Positions 1-10,052 of a stretch of DNA of 64,000 nt are shown here, in pieces. Under the pieces are notes generated by a model. The model was not told where the DNA came from, did no database searches, and saw only the letters and a program-made list of their open reading frames with translations. Origin of the DNA: an uncultured virus (IMG/VR IMGVR_UViG_3300021087_000010) (Duplodnaviria > Heunggongvirae > Uroviricota > Caudoviricetes); IMG/VR virus record IMGVR_UViG_3300021087_000010; one strand, written 5' to 3'. Both the position numbers and the translations under genes were made by a program. Positions within the stretch are counted from its first letter, which is position 1; every line of letters starts with the position of its first letter.

Positions 1-935
1 TTTAACTTCTCCTCGTCTATATCTTGCTCACAAGTTGGGCATTGTCCTTCAAGTTCTGAGAGTTTGTCCAAATGCGCTGTAGCTTCAGACACTTTGGAAC
101 TATATGTTCCCTGTTTCTGCAACATAGCGTCAAGGTCAATCTTCTCGCCTGAAAATAATCTATTCAAGTCAGTATCAAGTACATGCAACTGCTCCCTATT
201 AAAATTATTATCTATAATTTTTTTATTATTCTCCGAGATTTTTTCAAAATCGCTTCGTAACTGCTGTAATTGTAGCTCGTCCTTTTCTGAAAATTTTGGT
301 AAGTTTAATATAGGAAGTATGTCTGTACTCTCCAATTTATTTTCATTTAACCATTTCACTATTGTATCAGACTTACTATCTAGGGAAGCAACTTCTAATG
401 TTATTTCTCTAGCTGCGTCCTTGAAAATATCAAAAAATTCTACATACTCGGTTAACTTTAAAAGATCAATTAGAAACTTTTTTCTGTTTGTATCTGTTGC
501 AGTTAAAAACTGAAGTGATGTATTAGTATTTTGATATACTAATTGTGTAAAGGTCTTGAAATCTAACCCAAGTAATTCCTGTACTGTCTTATATGTATTA
601 GTAGCTGTATGTGAAGATATATCCTCTCCATTCTCATACAACTTACATTTGATACTAGCTTTTCTACTAACATCAATTTCGTACTCATTATCGTCAACAT
701 CAAAGGTAAGGTTAATACTGTAGCCATCATTAATGAAGCGATTTTGTATCTCTTGCTTTTTTATCCCCTTACTATTTTTATTGAATAAGACTTCCTCGAT
801 AATAAGTGGAATGGAAGACTTGCCCATTCCATTTGTGCCAACGAGCTGGGTAAGGTTGCTATCATTAAGCTCAAGAATATTGTCTTTACCATAACTAAAA
901 CAGTTATCCCAACGTAGCGTTTTTAGAGTAATCAT
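1..935 (-). CDS. SbcC/Rad50-like recombination ATPase (T5 D13-like), 3' end outside window
   Basis: Manual translation from ATG at 935 gives MITLKTLRWDNCFSYG...Walker A GTNGMGKSS, with a CPTC zinc hook near position 30-45. Follows the SbcD-like gene. Confidence 0.9.
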   Translation of the reverse strand, partial: MITLKTLRWDNCFSYGKDNILELNDSNLTQLVGTNGMGKSSIPLIIEEVLFNKNSKGIKKQEIQNRFINDGYSINLTFDVDDNEYEIDVSRKASIKCKLYENGEDISSHTATNTYKTVQELLGLDFKTFTQLVYQNTNTSLQFLTATDTNRKKFLIDLLKLTEYVEFFDIFKDAAREITLEVASLDSKSDTIVKWLNENKLESTDILPILNLPKFSEKDELQLQQLRSDFEKISENNKKIIDNNFNREQLHVLDTDLNRLFSGEKIDLDAMLQKQGTYSSKVSEATAHLDKLSELEGQCPTCEQDIDEEKL

Positions 936-1854
936 TAAACACCCCCATTATTTGTTGTATTTTTTTATCATTTAAGTTCAGTATTGCACTTAAATATTCT
1001 ATTAGTTCTTCCTCCATTGTTAAATCTTTAAGATTAAGCGTAGCTTGTGAACTTCGTTTTATTACTTTCTTATCTAGTAAGTCGGTATTCTTAACGGCAG
1101 CTAAATCTGCTACATCACCTTCAATTTCATAAATTGTATGGTGATACTCCGAAGCTATCATGTCAGCGGGATCCGTCACAGTTTTTCTAATAAGCTGTGG
1201 TAAATCAAATTCGTGCCAAGTCCAATCTTCGTTATCTGGATCAATTAGAAGGTAACCAGTTTTGACAATCTCTCTGTGAAAAGAGGTAGTCATAGGTGAG
1301 CCTGGATAGATAATATTTCTTTGTGTATTAGTGTGACTATGTAAGTCACCAGCAAATACAACAAGGAATTCATTAAACCTATCCAAGTCAACTTCTGGTG
1401 TAACGTGAGGCGGGATTTCTCCTCTCACATGGGTATAAAGAGGTTTATTGGGATCACACTTTTCTATAGCACCTTTTTTATGAAGGTCTGCATATGGAAG
1501 TATAGTACCCCACTCAAATTCAGTAGTCTCATCTACTATTGTAACGAGACTATTGACATCTTGAGTTGCTCTCTTTAAATTTGAAAAGAATGTTTTGTTT
1601 TTCTTAGTGGCTTCATGGTTACCATCATATATAATGGTAGGTATACTAACTCCTCTTACAAAATCAAAATATAATGTAAGTTCGTCCATTGAAGGGACTC
1701 GATCAAACAAGTCTCCACCTATGATGTGCAAATCAACTTCTTTCTCTATTTCATAGATAGTTTGAAAAAAGAGTTCAAATCTTGCACAAGCCCACGGCAA
1801 GGGCACATTCTTTTGCCCTAGCTTTAAATGCCAGTCAGCCGTGAATAAAATCAT
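904..1854 (-). CDS. SbcD/Mre11-like metallophosphoesterase nuclease (T5 D12-like)
   Basis: Motifs ADWH, GGDLFD, GNHE, GDLH and YPGSP. Start moved to MILFTADWH. Confidence 0.92.
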   Translation of the reverse strand: MILFTADWHLKLGQKNVPLPWACARFELFFQTIYEIEKEVDLHIIGGDLFDRVPSMDELTLYFDFVRGVSIPTIIYDGNHEATKKNKTFFSNLKRATQDVNSLVTIVDETTEFEWGTILPYADLHKKGAIEKCDPNKPLYTHVRGEIPPHVTPEVDLDRFNEFLVVFAGDLHSHTNTQRNIIYPGSPMTTSFHREIVKTGYLLIDPDNEDWTWHEFDLPQLIRKTVTDPADMIASEYHHTIYEIEGDVADLAAVKNTDLLDKKVIKRSSQATLNLKDLTMEEELIEYLSAILNLNDKKIQQIMGVFNDYSKNATLG

Positions 1855-1855
1855 A

Positions 1856-2485
1856 CTATGATATGCTGAACTCCGAAGAAACTTCATCAGGTGTTTCACT
1901 TGATGGAGTTGTTACTCTTTGGAGAAGCTCTAATTGAGCATCAGGTGTGGGTCTAGGTAGAACGTCGTCCATAGAACGAAGGTCTGCTATTGCAGCCATT
2001 TCTTCCTCACCTAAGGCTCTTTTCTTGCACTTAAGTGCTTGTAGTCTATATTCTACATTAAAAGCCATTGGCCCTGTTTTGACCCTTTGAAAGTATATAT
2101 CCCAACCTTCTGCTGGTTCAGTAGGATCGCCGAGGTCTTCTGCAGCTACCATTATCTGTTCCATCAATTTTTTCTTTAGATTTAGAACTTTTACACTTCC
2201 ATCAGCTGGATCTATACACTGTGCAGCGTATGCCCAACCACATTTTAAGTCAGGAAAGAAGTCACGAACGTGATCTTTTTCCTTATTATTAAATGTTTCT
2301 GTCTGTCTGTCGAAAGCGAGACATTCCATAGGAATGTTTTTACCGTTTTCTCCTTTAATCCAGTAAACATATCTTGGTAATAAATCACCTACGATACGGA
2401 GTACATTATCTCCTTCTTTGTATGTGTATTGATTTATTTTCTCTTTTTTTGCGCTCCCTTGAGCTTGGTTAAATTTTATTGCCAT
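1856..2485 (-). CDS. ssDNA-binding protein (T5 D11-like)
   Basis: gp32-like pattern (RIVGD..RYVYW, GDPT...GWDIYFQRVKTG), acidic tail, D10-D11-D12-D13 synteny. Confidence 0.8.
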   Translation of the reverse strand: MAIKFNQAQGSAKKEKINQYTYKEGDNVLRIVGDLLPRYVYWIKGENGKNIPMECLAFDRQTETFNNKEKDHVRDFFPDLKCGWAYAAQCIDPADGSVKVLNLKKKLMEQIMVAAEDLGDPTEPAEGWDIYFQRVKTGPMAFNVEYRLQALKCKKRALGEEEMAAIADLRSMDDVLPRPTPDAQLELLQRVTTPSSETPDEVSSEFSIS

Positions 2486-2502
2486 TTTTTATTTTCCTGT
2501 TG

Positions 2503-2892
2503 TTATTTAGCGTTATCTTCAAATAGAAAGTGAATTTTATCCCCTTCATATCGAAGCAATCTGTTGTCGTTTACTATTTGTTTAGTTAATGGATTATGCA
2601 ACATATGTAATGTTACTTCTCCTGTTCTTTTATAATTATTAAAATTTCTGAATGAAGCCATCATAATATATGATACGCATTCAGCAGTTGTATACTTACT
2701 CCTTTCAGCGAGTAGTTTCTTCGGGTTTAGTAAAAAACTATGACCGTCAAAAGTCTGCCCATAATATTTATAGGTAGGATCACTCGTGCTTCTAGGAATA
2801 CGAGGATAAGTTAAGAGATGAATAATCATCAAGACTGAACCATGTTCAGCTTTCGTTACCGAGAATATCTTATCCCAATTATATTTTATCAT
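2503..2892 (-). CDS. conserved T5-like hypothetical protein
   Basis: 129-aa ORF between D10 and D11, with a consensus promoter immediately upstream. Confidence 0.6.
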   Translation of the reverse strand: MIKYNWDKIFSVTKAEHGSVLMIIHLLTYPRIPRSTSDPTYKYYGQTFDGHSFLLNPKKLLAERSKYTTAECVSYIMMASFRNFNNYKRTGEVTLHMLHNPLTKQIVNDNRLLRYEGDKIHFLFEDNAK

Positions 2893-2944
2893 TCTATTAT
2901 ATCAAAATTTTGAACCCGTGTCAAGTAGTATTTTTCGGAGGTGT

Positions 2945-4225
2945 TTACAGGGTTGATATCTCGTATCCTTGTTTGATATAGTATCCTAGTCGTTGACTAG
3001 CCTGTCTCCTTGCGGTATTTCCGATTAAATTTATATCTACTACTACAGGTTGAGGTTTTCCGTCATAATTACGGATTATTCTTCCAATGAGCTGTGTAAG
3101 TAACGGCTCGTTATTTACTGGTGTTCCGAGAATTAAACAACTAAGAATATCTAAAGATATGCCTTCAGAGAATATAGATTGTGTTCCATACAGAACATCT
3201 TTATCCTCAAAAATCTGTTTAATTATATCGGGTCTTTCTTCATGTGGGATTGCTCCCGTTACACAAACTGCGTTATCACCAGTGAGTTTCGCACAGTTCT
3301 TTAGAAAATCTACTCTATCAGATACTACTAACACTTTATGACCTTTTGCCGCATATGATGCAGCAGTCATAGCCACAGAATGTTGGTACTCTGGGTTATA
3401 GGCTAATTCATTAACTCGATTAGCCCACGGGATAGCATTTCCGTCCATGAAGCGTATCGGCAGTTTTAGGATATTTATTTTTGGGGGCATGAAGTTTTCC
3501 TTTGCAGGTTTTAATACATGCTTTCCAAAATAATCCTCAAACACTACATGTCTGCCATCTTTTCTTTGTAATGTTCCTGTAAGACCAACCTTGTGTCTAG
3601 CACAAGATTTATCTATAATTCTTGAAAAGGTTGGACTAGAAACGTGATGCATCTCATCTAAGATGATTGTCCCAAATTCTTGTCTAATCTCAGGAATTCT
3701 TCTATATAAACTTTGAATATTTCCTATTACTATAGGAGTATCTATATTGAATTTTCCACTTCCAATAATGCCTGGTGTAAAACCAAACACTTTTTTACAT
3801 TCAGTTTCCCACTGCTTTCTTAAAGATAAAGTATGGGTTACTACTAATGTTTTTTGACCTAGCTTGCCAGCTATAGCCAAAGCCGTAAATGTCTTTCCCC
3901 AACTTACCCAAGCGTTTATTATTGCATTGCCTTCGACTTCGTTATATACAGCTTCTTGGCTTGGTCGTAAATCAAACTTGAAGGGGGGAAATTTTACTGG
4001 TTTATTAATTCGTTTATCTACTACTTCGTGATCCTCTGGAATTAAATCCGTTCTGCCACTAGGAATAGCAATAAGCCCTTGTTTTATGAGAGCCATGTTT
4101 TTTATCATTATAGGCGGATCCCCATACCTAAATGATGGTATAGCATATGTTAACTCCGCATCAATTTTTTTCTGTGTATGGGGTAATACATCTAAATAAA
4201 TTCTGTCACTTATTACTGCTTTCAT
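2945..4225 (-). CDS. SF2 DExH helicase (T5 D10-like)
   Basis: Motifs WGKT, DEMHH, GLTGT and QLIGRIIR. Confidence 0.92.
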   Translation of the reverse strand: MKAVISDRIYLDVLPHTQKKIDAELTYAIPSFRYGDPPIMIKNMALIKQGLIAIPSGRTDLIPEDHEVVDKRINKPVKFPPFKFDLRPSQEAVYNEVEGNAIINAWVSWGKTFTALAIAGKLGQKTLVVTHTLSLRKQWETECKKVFGFTPGIIGSGKFNIDTPIVIGNIQSLYRRIPEIRQEFGTIILDEMHHVSSPTFSRIIDKSCARHKVGLTGTLQRKDGRHVVFEDYFGKHVLKPAKENFMPPKINILKLPIRFMDGNAIPWANRVNELAYNPEYQHSVAMTAASYAAKGHKVLVVSDRVDFLKNCAKLTGDNAVCVTGAIPHEERPDIIKQIFEDKDVLYGTQSIFSEGISLDILSCLILGTPVNNEPLLTQLIGRIIRNYDGKPQPVVVDINLIGNTARRQASQRLGYYIKQGYEISTL

Positions 4226-4393
4226 CTAATATGTTAATATACCTGGTGGAAAATGCCACAATAATGTAAAGATTAAATAAATCATAGACCCACTTATTAT
4301 AGCTAATTGTTGTTCTTTCCATAAAAGGGATAAGGTTAACATAAATATAATAAAACTAAGATCTGCGGTAAATATTCCTACTTGTTCAATCAT
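4226..4393 (-). CDS. small two-TM membrane protein
   Basis: Manual 55-aa ORF MIEQVGIFTADLSF... fills the gap exactly between neighbouring genes. Confidence 0.55.
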   Translation of the reverse strand: MIEQVGIFTADLSFIIFMLTLSLLWKEQQLAIISGSMIYLIFTLLWHFPPGILTY

Positions 4394-4594
4394 TTATCTA
4401 CTTGCACAAAAATTAGTAGCAGAGCTGTCTAGCTCTGGGTCATAATCTGGGCACTCCTTTTCTGGAGTCTTATTAAGATCTGGGCAGAGGTATGTTCCCT
4501 CTCTATCATTATAGCATAGACCATCTAGTACTTCCATTGTTGAACAACTTGTTATAGTAAGTACAATTATTAAAGCTAATATTAGCTGGTTCAT
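4394..4594 (-). CDS. small Cys-rich lipoprotein
   Basis: Hydrophobic signal peptide with lipobox-like ITSC. Confidence 0.55.
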   Translation of the reverse strand: MNQLILALIIVLTITSCSTMEVLDGLCYNDREGTYLCPDLNKTPEKECPDYDPELDSSATNFCASR

Positions 4595-4908
4595 TGTATT
4601 ATATCGTCGTAGCCTACCGTATAATAAACGGTTAATTCTTCCCCTGCTAGAACTGGTTTTACTGTATATAATTCCCTTCTATGAGAGTCTTTCCAAATAA
4701 AACAGTTAGGATTATCACTATGGTTAATAAAACCACCTAGTGGTGTTCTTATCCACTCATTAACATAGTCATTCCAAATATGTGTTTCTCCAAGATAAAC
4801 TCCTGCCTTCCACTCTTCTGTGGCATGTAACCCTAGTCTATTTATAGAACTTTTCTGTATAGTAAGTCCTTCCAATAGGGGTCTATAGTGATCTTGTCCA
4901 AATTTCAT
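4591..4908 (-). CDS. SET-domain protein
   Basis: S.I...GLHA, GFINHSDNPNC and GEELTVYY match SET signature motifs. Confidence 0.85.
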   Translation of the reverse strand: MKFGQDHYRPLLEGLTIQKSSINRLGLHATEEWKAGVYLGETHIWNDYVNEWIRTPLGGFINHSDNPNCFIWKDSHRRELYTVKPVLAGEELTVYYTVGYDDIIQ

Positions 4909-4909
4909 A

Positions 4910-5257
4910 TTAGTGTATTAGTGCTACTATTAATATATAAGTTAAAAAATGTAACAACTGATCGACACCAATAAGTGTTCGTAGTGTTACTCCATTATAA
5001 AAAAGTTTATATTTTTGAATTATCTTACTCTTTGTCCAATCAATATGGTAGTGGGCTAGTCCGTCTATTAACGCACAAGCTACTGCTATATCTGGCTCGA
5101 CAAAAAATAATAAAGTAAATAAACAAGTATAAAAATGAGTAAAAGAATGGAGCTTTCCACCTTTTAAATATAAGTGTTTATCTTTTCCCATATACTTTCT
5201 ATTTAAAAAATAGTCAGCAAGGGTGTGTTTAAGCATTAAAGCTATTAGTATTTCCAT
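4910..5257 (-). CDS. DUF3307-like membrane protein
   Basis: Motifs KHTLADY, HS..H, HYHIDW.K and G.DQLLH. Confidence 0.75.
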   Translation of the reverse strand: MEILIALMLKHTLADYFLNRKYMGKDKHLYLKGGKLHSFTHFYTCLFTLLFFVEPDIAVACALIDGLAHYHIDWTKSKIIQKYKLFYNGVTLRTLIGVDQLLHFLTYILIVALIH

Positions 5258-5279
5258 AATTTTTTCATAATTTTTTTAT

Positions 5280-5354
5280 TGGCGGTCTAACGGAGAATTG
5301 AACTCCGATTTCAAGCGTGACAAGCTTGTGTGGTAACCATTACACTATTAGACC
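5280..5354 (-). tRNA. tRNA-Asp(GTC)
   Basis: Acceptor GGTCTAA/TTAGACC, anticodon arm CAAGC-TTGTCAC-GCTTG, T-loop GTTCAATTC, encoded CCA. Confidence 0.93.
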
Positions 5355-5356
5355 AT

Positions 5357-5432
5357 TGGTGGAGCTGATAGGAATCGAACCTACGACCTTTCGGATGCAA
5401 ACCGAACGCTCTCCCTTCTGAGCTACAGCCCC
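5357..5432 (-). tRNA. tRNA-Ala(TGC)
   Basis: Acceptor GGGGCTG/CAGCTCC with G3:U70, anticodon arm TTCGG-TTTGCAT-CCGAA, GTTCGATTC, encoded CCA. Confidence 0.95.
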
Positions 5433-6112
5433 TCTAAAGTTTGGTCTAATCTACCAAAGTTATATAGATGTATCTGTTCGTGATTTAAATAACTAATAAA
5501 CTTACTAGTATTAAATCCATTCTTATTAATATATTGTATGCCTACTAAATTTTCTATAATATGCTTAAAACTTTCTGTTAATCCACATATTTTCATATAC
5601 TTTAATAAGCCTTCAATAGAGCAATTTGTTGGTACTCCAGCAATTGTTTTATTTTCCCATGTGTTTAATAATTTACTATTAAGACATAATTGCGTTATGC
5701 CTTTTGAAAACTTTCCATACTTAGTCAAAAGAGTATGATTGAAAGATTCTTCTTGTGGATAAACACCACAATACATTTCAAAATCATATCTTTTAATTAC
5801 ACGATATACTTCATCTACTCCTTGAAATGCTCTTCCTTTTCGCTCACTTCCTCCAATAACTAGAACTTTGTCAATGCCAGCTTCTTTAGCTTTATCGAGT
5901 GCTATATGAAGTCCAGCTTCAGAACCTAAATTCCTAGCAGCTATATGAGGCATTGCCTTTGCTTTACCAGCAAGTTCATTTATGTCAATTGCTGCATTTA
6001 TTACTTGACTAAAGGGTGTCTTAGGTAAATGAGTAATAGAAACAGTTGTTGCAGTATCAATTGCATACTGTGACATCTTTTGATTAGGTGTTTTCTCAAC
6101 ACTAATTTTCAT
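5423..6112 (-). CDS. MTHFR (MetF)-like FAD-linked oxidoreductase, shortened
   Basis: SITHLP, MPHIAARN, GIDKVLVIGG, GVYPQ and ITQ resemble MTHFR-fold motifs. Only 229 aa. Confidence 0.65.
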   Translation of the reverse strand: MKISVEKTPNQKMSQYAIDTATTVSITHLPKTPFSQVINAAIDINELAGKAKAMPHIAARNLGSEAGLHIALDKAKEAGIDKVLVIGGSERKGRAFQGVDEVYRVIKRYDFEMYCGVYPQEESFNHTLLTKYGKFSKGITQLCLNSKLLNTWENKTIAGVPTNCSIEGLLKYMKICGLTESFKHIIENLVGIQYINKNGFNTSKFISYLNHEQIHLYNFGRLDQTLEGL

Positions 6113-6121
6113 CTTTTCTCC

Positions 6122-6454
6122 TTATTTATTAAAAGTATATCTAATTTCTGTTTGTAGTTTACTTTTATGTTCTAGTTGATTTTTAAATTCCCATTTCCCT
6201 TTAAATGTCCAATTATCTTTATTAAACTTATATCCTATTTCTCCAGATTCACCATGCTCTGACATGACTCCTGCTTCTATAAACATAAATCCTTTGTCCA
6301 TCTTAAATTGGTAACCTGTTCTGAAATGATTTAAGTTTTTAACATAATTATCGTATTTAAACTCTACTTCATTTTTATACTCTATATAGGGAGCAGCCGC
6401 TAATTGCGACACCATACCTATTAGTAAAATTATTATTTTCAAATTTTTCTCCAT
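6122..6454 (-). CDS. small secreted beta-barrel-like outer-membrane protein
   Basis: Signal peptide, alternating aromatic beta-strands, C-terminal EIRYTF. Confidence 0.55.
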   Translation of the reverse strand: MEKNLKIIILLIGMVSQLAAAPYIEYKNEVEFKYDNYVKNLNHFRTGYQFKMDKGFMFIEAGVMSEHGESGEIGYKFNKDNWTFKGKWEFKNQLEHKSKLQTEIRYTFNK

Positions 6455-6918
6455 GTGTCTTTTTCCTTCTGTGTGGATAAATCATATAGTACCCACGGTA
6501 TACCTTCCCTATAAAGAACCCCTGCCCAAGTACAAGACTCGGGCACAGGCCTTTCAAGAGTGAAAGGGAAGGGGCAATCTTTTATCCATAGCACTGTGGC
6601 TATAATCTTTTTTTCCACTCTTAAAATTTTGTGGTATTTTAAATCCACTTTGTTCAATTTTTGTTTTACAAAAAAGTAACCTGTACTATCTATATAAAAC
6701 TTTCCTTGATGATTTAGATACGAAGGAATATCTCGTAGCATATATTTTAAAGGATATATACTTTTCATTGGGCTCTGTAATCTTCTTAGCCCAAGAGTTT
6801 TTCCTGTCATATTTCTATCATCTAATACTTGATTTTCAATCCATAAAATACCATCAATAAGTTCTACATTTGAGGTATGAACTACAAATAATGGAAATTC
6901 TATTTTATCATATATCAT
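6439..6918 (-). CDS. conserved T5-like hypothetical protein downstream of Pol
   Basis: ORF overlaps the Pol stop. Start moved to MIYDKIEFP. Confidence 0.65.
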   Translation of the reverse strand: MIYDKIEFPLFVVHTSNVELIDGILWIENQVLDDRNMTGKTLGLRRLQSPMKSIYPLKYMLRDIPSYLNHQGKFYIDSTGYFFVKQKLNKVDLKYHKILRVEKKIIATVLWIKDCPFPFTLERPVPESCTWAGVLYREGIPWVLYDLSTQKEKDTWRKI

Positions 6919-9181
6919 ACATCTTTTCAAACTTTCCGAAGGAATAATCATCTCCTACATCAAAGTCACAGCCGACTGGGCAGTTAGGGATTGACAGACC
7001 CCTATCCCGCTGAACATGCTCTCGTAGCAAATAAGAGTATGAATCTACGGCTGTTTCTTCTACTTCTGCAAGAATGGAGTCATGTACTAAAGCAAAAATA
7101 TTTGCTTTAGAACCCCACGGCATCTGTTTTAATTCATTATGAGTATCTATAGCTCCCAATAAATTTATATCTGAAGCTACAGATTGAACTAAAAAGTTCA
7201 TACCTGATCTAGCTTCATGACTAGCAACGCCTTTGTTATCCGAACGAACATTGGGTAACCGTCTTTTTCTTCCAAAGAAGGAGTATATAAACCCATTATC
7301 CATTATATACTTTGTAGACTGGTCTATCCATGCTCTAAGTTTGAAAAACTGTCGAAAGTAATCATCAATTACTTCTTGTGCCTCATTCCTACTAAAATAC
7401 TTGCCACTATCTTTAGTGACTTGCTCTGATATTTTAGCTGGGCCTGCACCATACATAATACCAAAAGTTACAGCTTTTGCTGCCTGCCTTTCAGTAGGAT
7501 AATCAGTTACAATATTTTCTACATCACCTGATAAGTTAAATACTAACTTAGCAATACTACTGTGAAAATTACCGCCTGATTGAAATACTTGTTGTAAGTT
7601 TTTGTCTTGTGCAAGTACAGCAGCGACATACACCTCTGCTGTTGTTAAATCCATTGCAACTATTTTATTGCCTGGCTTGGCTTTAATACACCCTTTTACA
7701 ATAGGGTTGTCTCGTGGTATTTGTTGCATATTCATTTTACCACTAGATGATAGTCTGCCAGAGGTTGTACTATGTATGTTGAACCCTGTGCGTAATCTGT
7801 CATCTCTATCTAACTGAGGTAATATTTTATCTAAATAAGTATTCTTTATCTTTGACTTTTGTCTTATAGAAAGAATATGTTTAGGTATTGAGTGCACCTC
7901 TGCTAGTCCTTGTAAAACTTCTGCATCTGTAGAATACGCTCCTGTAGCTGTTTTCTTAGATGGTTTAAGTCCTACAAAATCAAATAATAAAGCTCGTAAT
8001 TGAACTGTACTATTTGGATTAAATTCTTTTTCTTTTAATTTTTCAAACTTTTGTACTTCTTCAAAAGCATATAGTTCTGCTACTGCACAATCAATGTCAT
8101 GTTGCATTAACTCTGTACCTTTAGCAAGTCTATCCCTATCAAAAGGAACACCAACATCTTGTACATCTGTTAAGAATCTACATGCTGGAATAAGTATATT
8201 TTCATATACGGATAAAAGCTTTGCGTTTTTCATAACTGCTGGGTATAGCTTTTCAAATACTAATAGAGTTACTACTGCGTCCATAGCAGCATATGTTTTC
8301 ATTACTTCAAATGGAATTGAGTCCCATTGAAAGTCATCTTTAAGTATTCTATTAGCTTTTTTATAGTTAGCTATCCAATCTTGCATTGGTTTTTCGTAAT
8401 CCCCATAAGGAGTATACTTCATTGCAAGTTGTTTTAATCCATGTGTGCCTGGTACTTCTTCTAAGCAATAATGAAGTAACATTGTATCATGAAAATTAGG
8501 AAACTTAAAATTAAAGTGATATTCAAAGAAGGCTAAATCAAATTTTGCATTATGAAAAACTACTTGTTTTTCGTTAAATAACTTTTGCATTAATTCCTCA
8601 ACTTCATTATCAATAACATCAGTTACTATATAAGCGCCTTTATCTTTTTCATAAGATATACTAAATCCAAGCATATACCCATCTCTGGGGTATAATCCTG
8701 TGGTTTCTGAATCAAGTGCTATAAATTTATTAGGGTGTGCAAGTGCCTTTTCTAAAAACCCTTTAGCCTCTTCTACGGTATCTATGCCTAATGCGTTTTC
8801 TGAAGTTACTTTTTCTACTACTAAATCTCCACTAATATACTCTATAATATTCTTTTTGCTTTCGTCCCATAACGGCTTAGCTTCAGGTTTAAACGAAAGC
8901 ATAGCAGGATTAATAGCTGGTAAGAATTTATCATCTATACATCTCCCACTATACTCAGTTATTGAATTTGCAGAAGTATAACTTTTAAGTGCCTCTGAAC
9001 CTATGAGTATAACCCAATCATAATCGTCAATGTTAATTTCTATATCTACGTCAGCTTTAAGTACTTTCTTTTTACTTCTATCTGAGCATAGTGCATATCT
9101 ATCAAATTCAAATTTATTATCGAATCTATCTATATAGTTAGTTCTACTTGGTTTAGTCTCTATTAGTGCAATTTTATTCAT
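6908..9181 (-). CDS. family A DNA polymerase with 3'-5' exonuclease
   Basis: Exonuclease motifs DSETTG, HNAKFD and YAAMD. Polymerase motifs TSGRLSS, RQAAKAVTFGIMYG and VHDS. Confidence 0.97.
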   Translation of the reverse strand: MNKIALIETKPSRTNYIDRFDNKFEFDRYALCSDRSKKKVLKADVDIEINIDDYDWVILIGSEALKSYTSANSITEYSGRCIDDKFLPAINPAMLSFKPEAKPLWDESKKNIIEYISGDLVVEKVTSENALGIDTVEEAKGFLEKALAHPNKFIALDSETTGLYPRDGYMLGFSISYEKDKGAYIVTDVIDNEVEELMQKLFNEKQVVFHNAKFDLAFFEYHFNFKFPNFHDTMLLHYCLEEVPGTHGLKQLAMKYTPYGDYEKPMQDWIANYKKANRILKDDFQWDSIPFEVMKTYAAMDAVVTLLVFEKLYPAVMKNAKLLSVYENILIPACRFLTDVQDVGVPFDRDRLAKGTELMQHDIDCAVAELYAFEEVQKFEKLKEKEFNPNSTVQLRALLFDFVGLKPSKKTATGAYSTDAEVLQGLAEVHSIPKHILSIRQKSKIKNTYLDKILPQLDRDDRLRTGFNIHSTTSGRLSSSGKMNMQQIPRDNPIVKGCIKAKPGNKIVAMDLTTAEVYVAAVLAQDKNLQQVFQSGGNFHSSIAKLVFNLSGDVENIVTDYPTERQAAKAVTFGIMYGAGPAKISEQVTKDSGKYFSRNEAQEVIDDYFRQFFKLRAWIDQSTKYIMDNGFIYSFFGRKRRLPNVRSDNKGVASHEARSGMNFLVQSVASDINLLGAIDTHNELKQMPWGSKANIFALVHDSILAEVEETAVDSYSYLLREHVQRDRGLSIPNCPVGCDFDVGDDYSFGKFEKMYDI

Positions 9182-9187
9182 TATTAT

Positions 9188-9216
9188 ATTATATCAAATT
9201 TTAAGCGCCATGTCAA
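9188..9216 (-). promoter_or_regulatory. sigma70-type promoter of Pol (leaderless geometry)
   Basis: TTGACA-17-TATAAT, then 6 nt, then ATG. Confidence 0.8.
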
Positions 9217-10052
9217 GAACTATATAACCTATCCCTCAAACTGGTAACCTTACTAGCAGCAAGACCGCCTGGGTCTATATTAGCTCCTAAGTTTACATTC
9301 CTAGAAATAAGTCCTACCTTATCTGCCATGATCTTTATGTTTTCTGCAGCTGATTGTCCAGCTTCATCCCCATCAAATACTATATCTACTCCATCTACAT
9401 TCTGCATTTTAAGAATAGATAATTTATCTTCATCTATGTTCTTTGTTCCAAAGCAACATACTGAATTAGATAAACCCTTGTCGAAAAGATTTATCATATC
9501 AAAAATCCCTTCGACAAGAATTATCTTGCCTTTTATTGGTTTAACATTAGAGGGGAAAAGCGGCATAACGGCTTGGGGAGGATATATTAAGTACTTTGGC
9601 CTTTCGGTCATAGTCATATGTCTACCGTTAAATGCTACTACTTTTCCCGTAATGTCACGAATAGGAAAAACGATCCTGCCGTTGAAACTCCTATCATGAT
9701 GTAAGAAGGCTTCAAAGTGTTTATATGTTTCGGGCTTTATTCCACGCCAGTTTCCCACATAAGGTGTGAACCCTATTGGAAAGTCAAAACCTACACTTGA
9801 ACTTCTTGTTTCCTCTATTTTATCTTTTAGTTTTTGTCTCCTTATTTCTAAGAAGTTAGCTGCTGCTCCGAAGTGATTAAAGATACTCCCTCGAAACCCA
9901 CAAGCAAAGCAATGAAAAATCCCTGTAAGATTATCTATTCTCATAGAAGGACTCTTGTCCTCATGTTCAGGGTTTAAACATTTGACTAAATAGTCTCTGC
10001 CAGAAACTTTAAAGTCTACATTTCTTTCTTGTAGTAGTTCGTCTACTCTCAT
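9213..10052 (-). CDS. DNA primase (zinc finger plus TOPRIM)
   Basis: C..P.H.D..PS...FHCFAC zinc finger, VEGIFD and FDGD. Confidence 0.95.
   Translation of the reverse strand: MRVDELLQERNVDFKVSGRDYLVKCLNPEHEDKSPSMRIDNLTGIFHCFACGFRGSIFNHFGAAANFLEIRRQKLKDKIEETRSSSVGFDFPIGFTPYVGNWRGIKPETYKHFEAFLHHDRSFNGRIVFPIRDITGKVVAFNGRHMTMTERPKYLIYPPQAVMPLFPSNVKPIKGKIILVEGIFDMINLFDKGLSNSVCCFGTKNIDEDKLSILKMQNVDGVDIVFDGDEAGQSAAENIKIMADKVGLISRNVNLGANIDPGGLAASKVTSLRDRLYSS

Noticed and set aside
64..513. + strand 149-aa ORF and similar antisense ORFs over replication and tail genes
   Set aside because: They lie opposite well-supported genes and show no recognisable motifs.
2890..2925. Leaderless start for 2503-2892
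   Set aside because: Only 3 nt separate TATAAT and the ATG, so it was not counted among the 6-nt cases.
6908..9181. Intein or intron in DNA polymerase (also checked TerL and helicase)
   Set aside because: Lengths are compact and motifs are contiguous.
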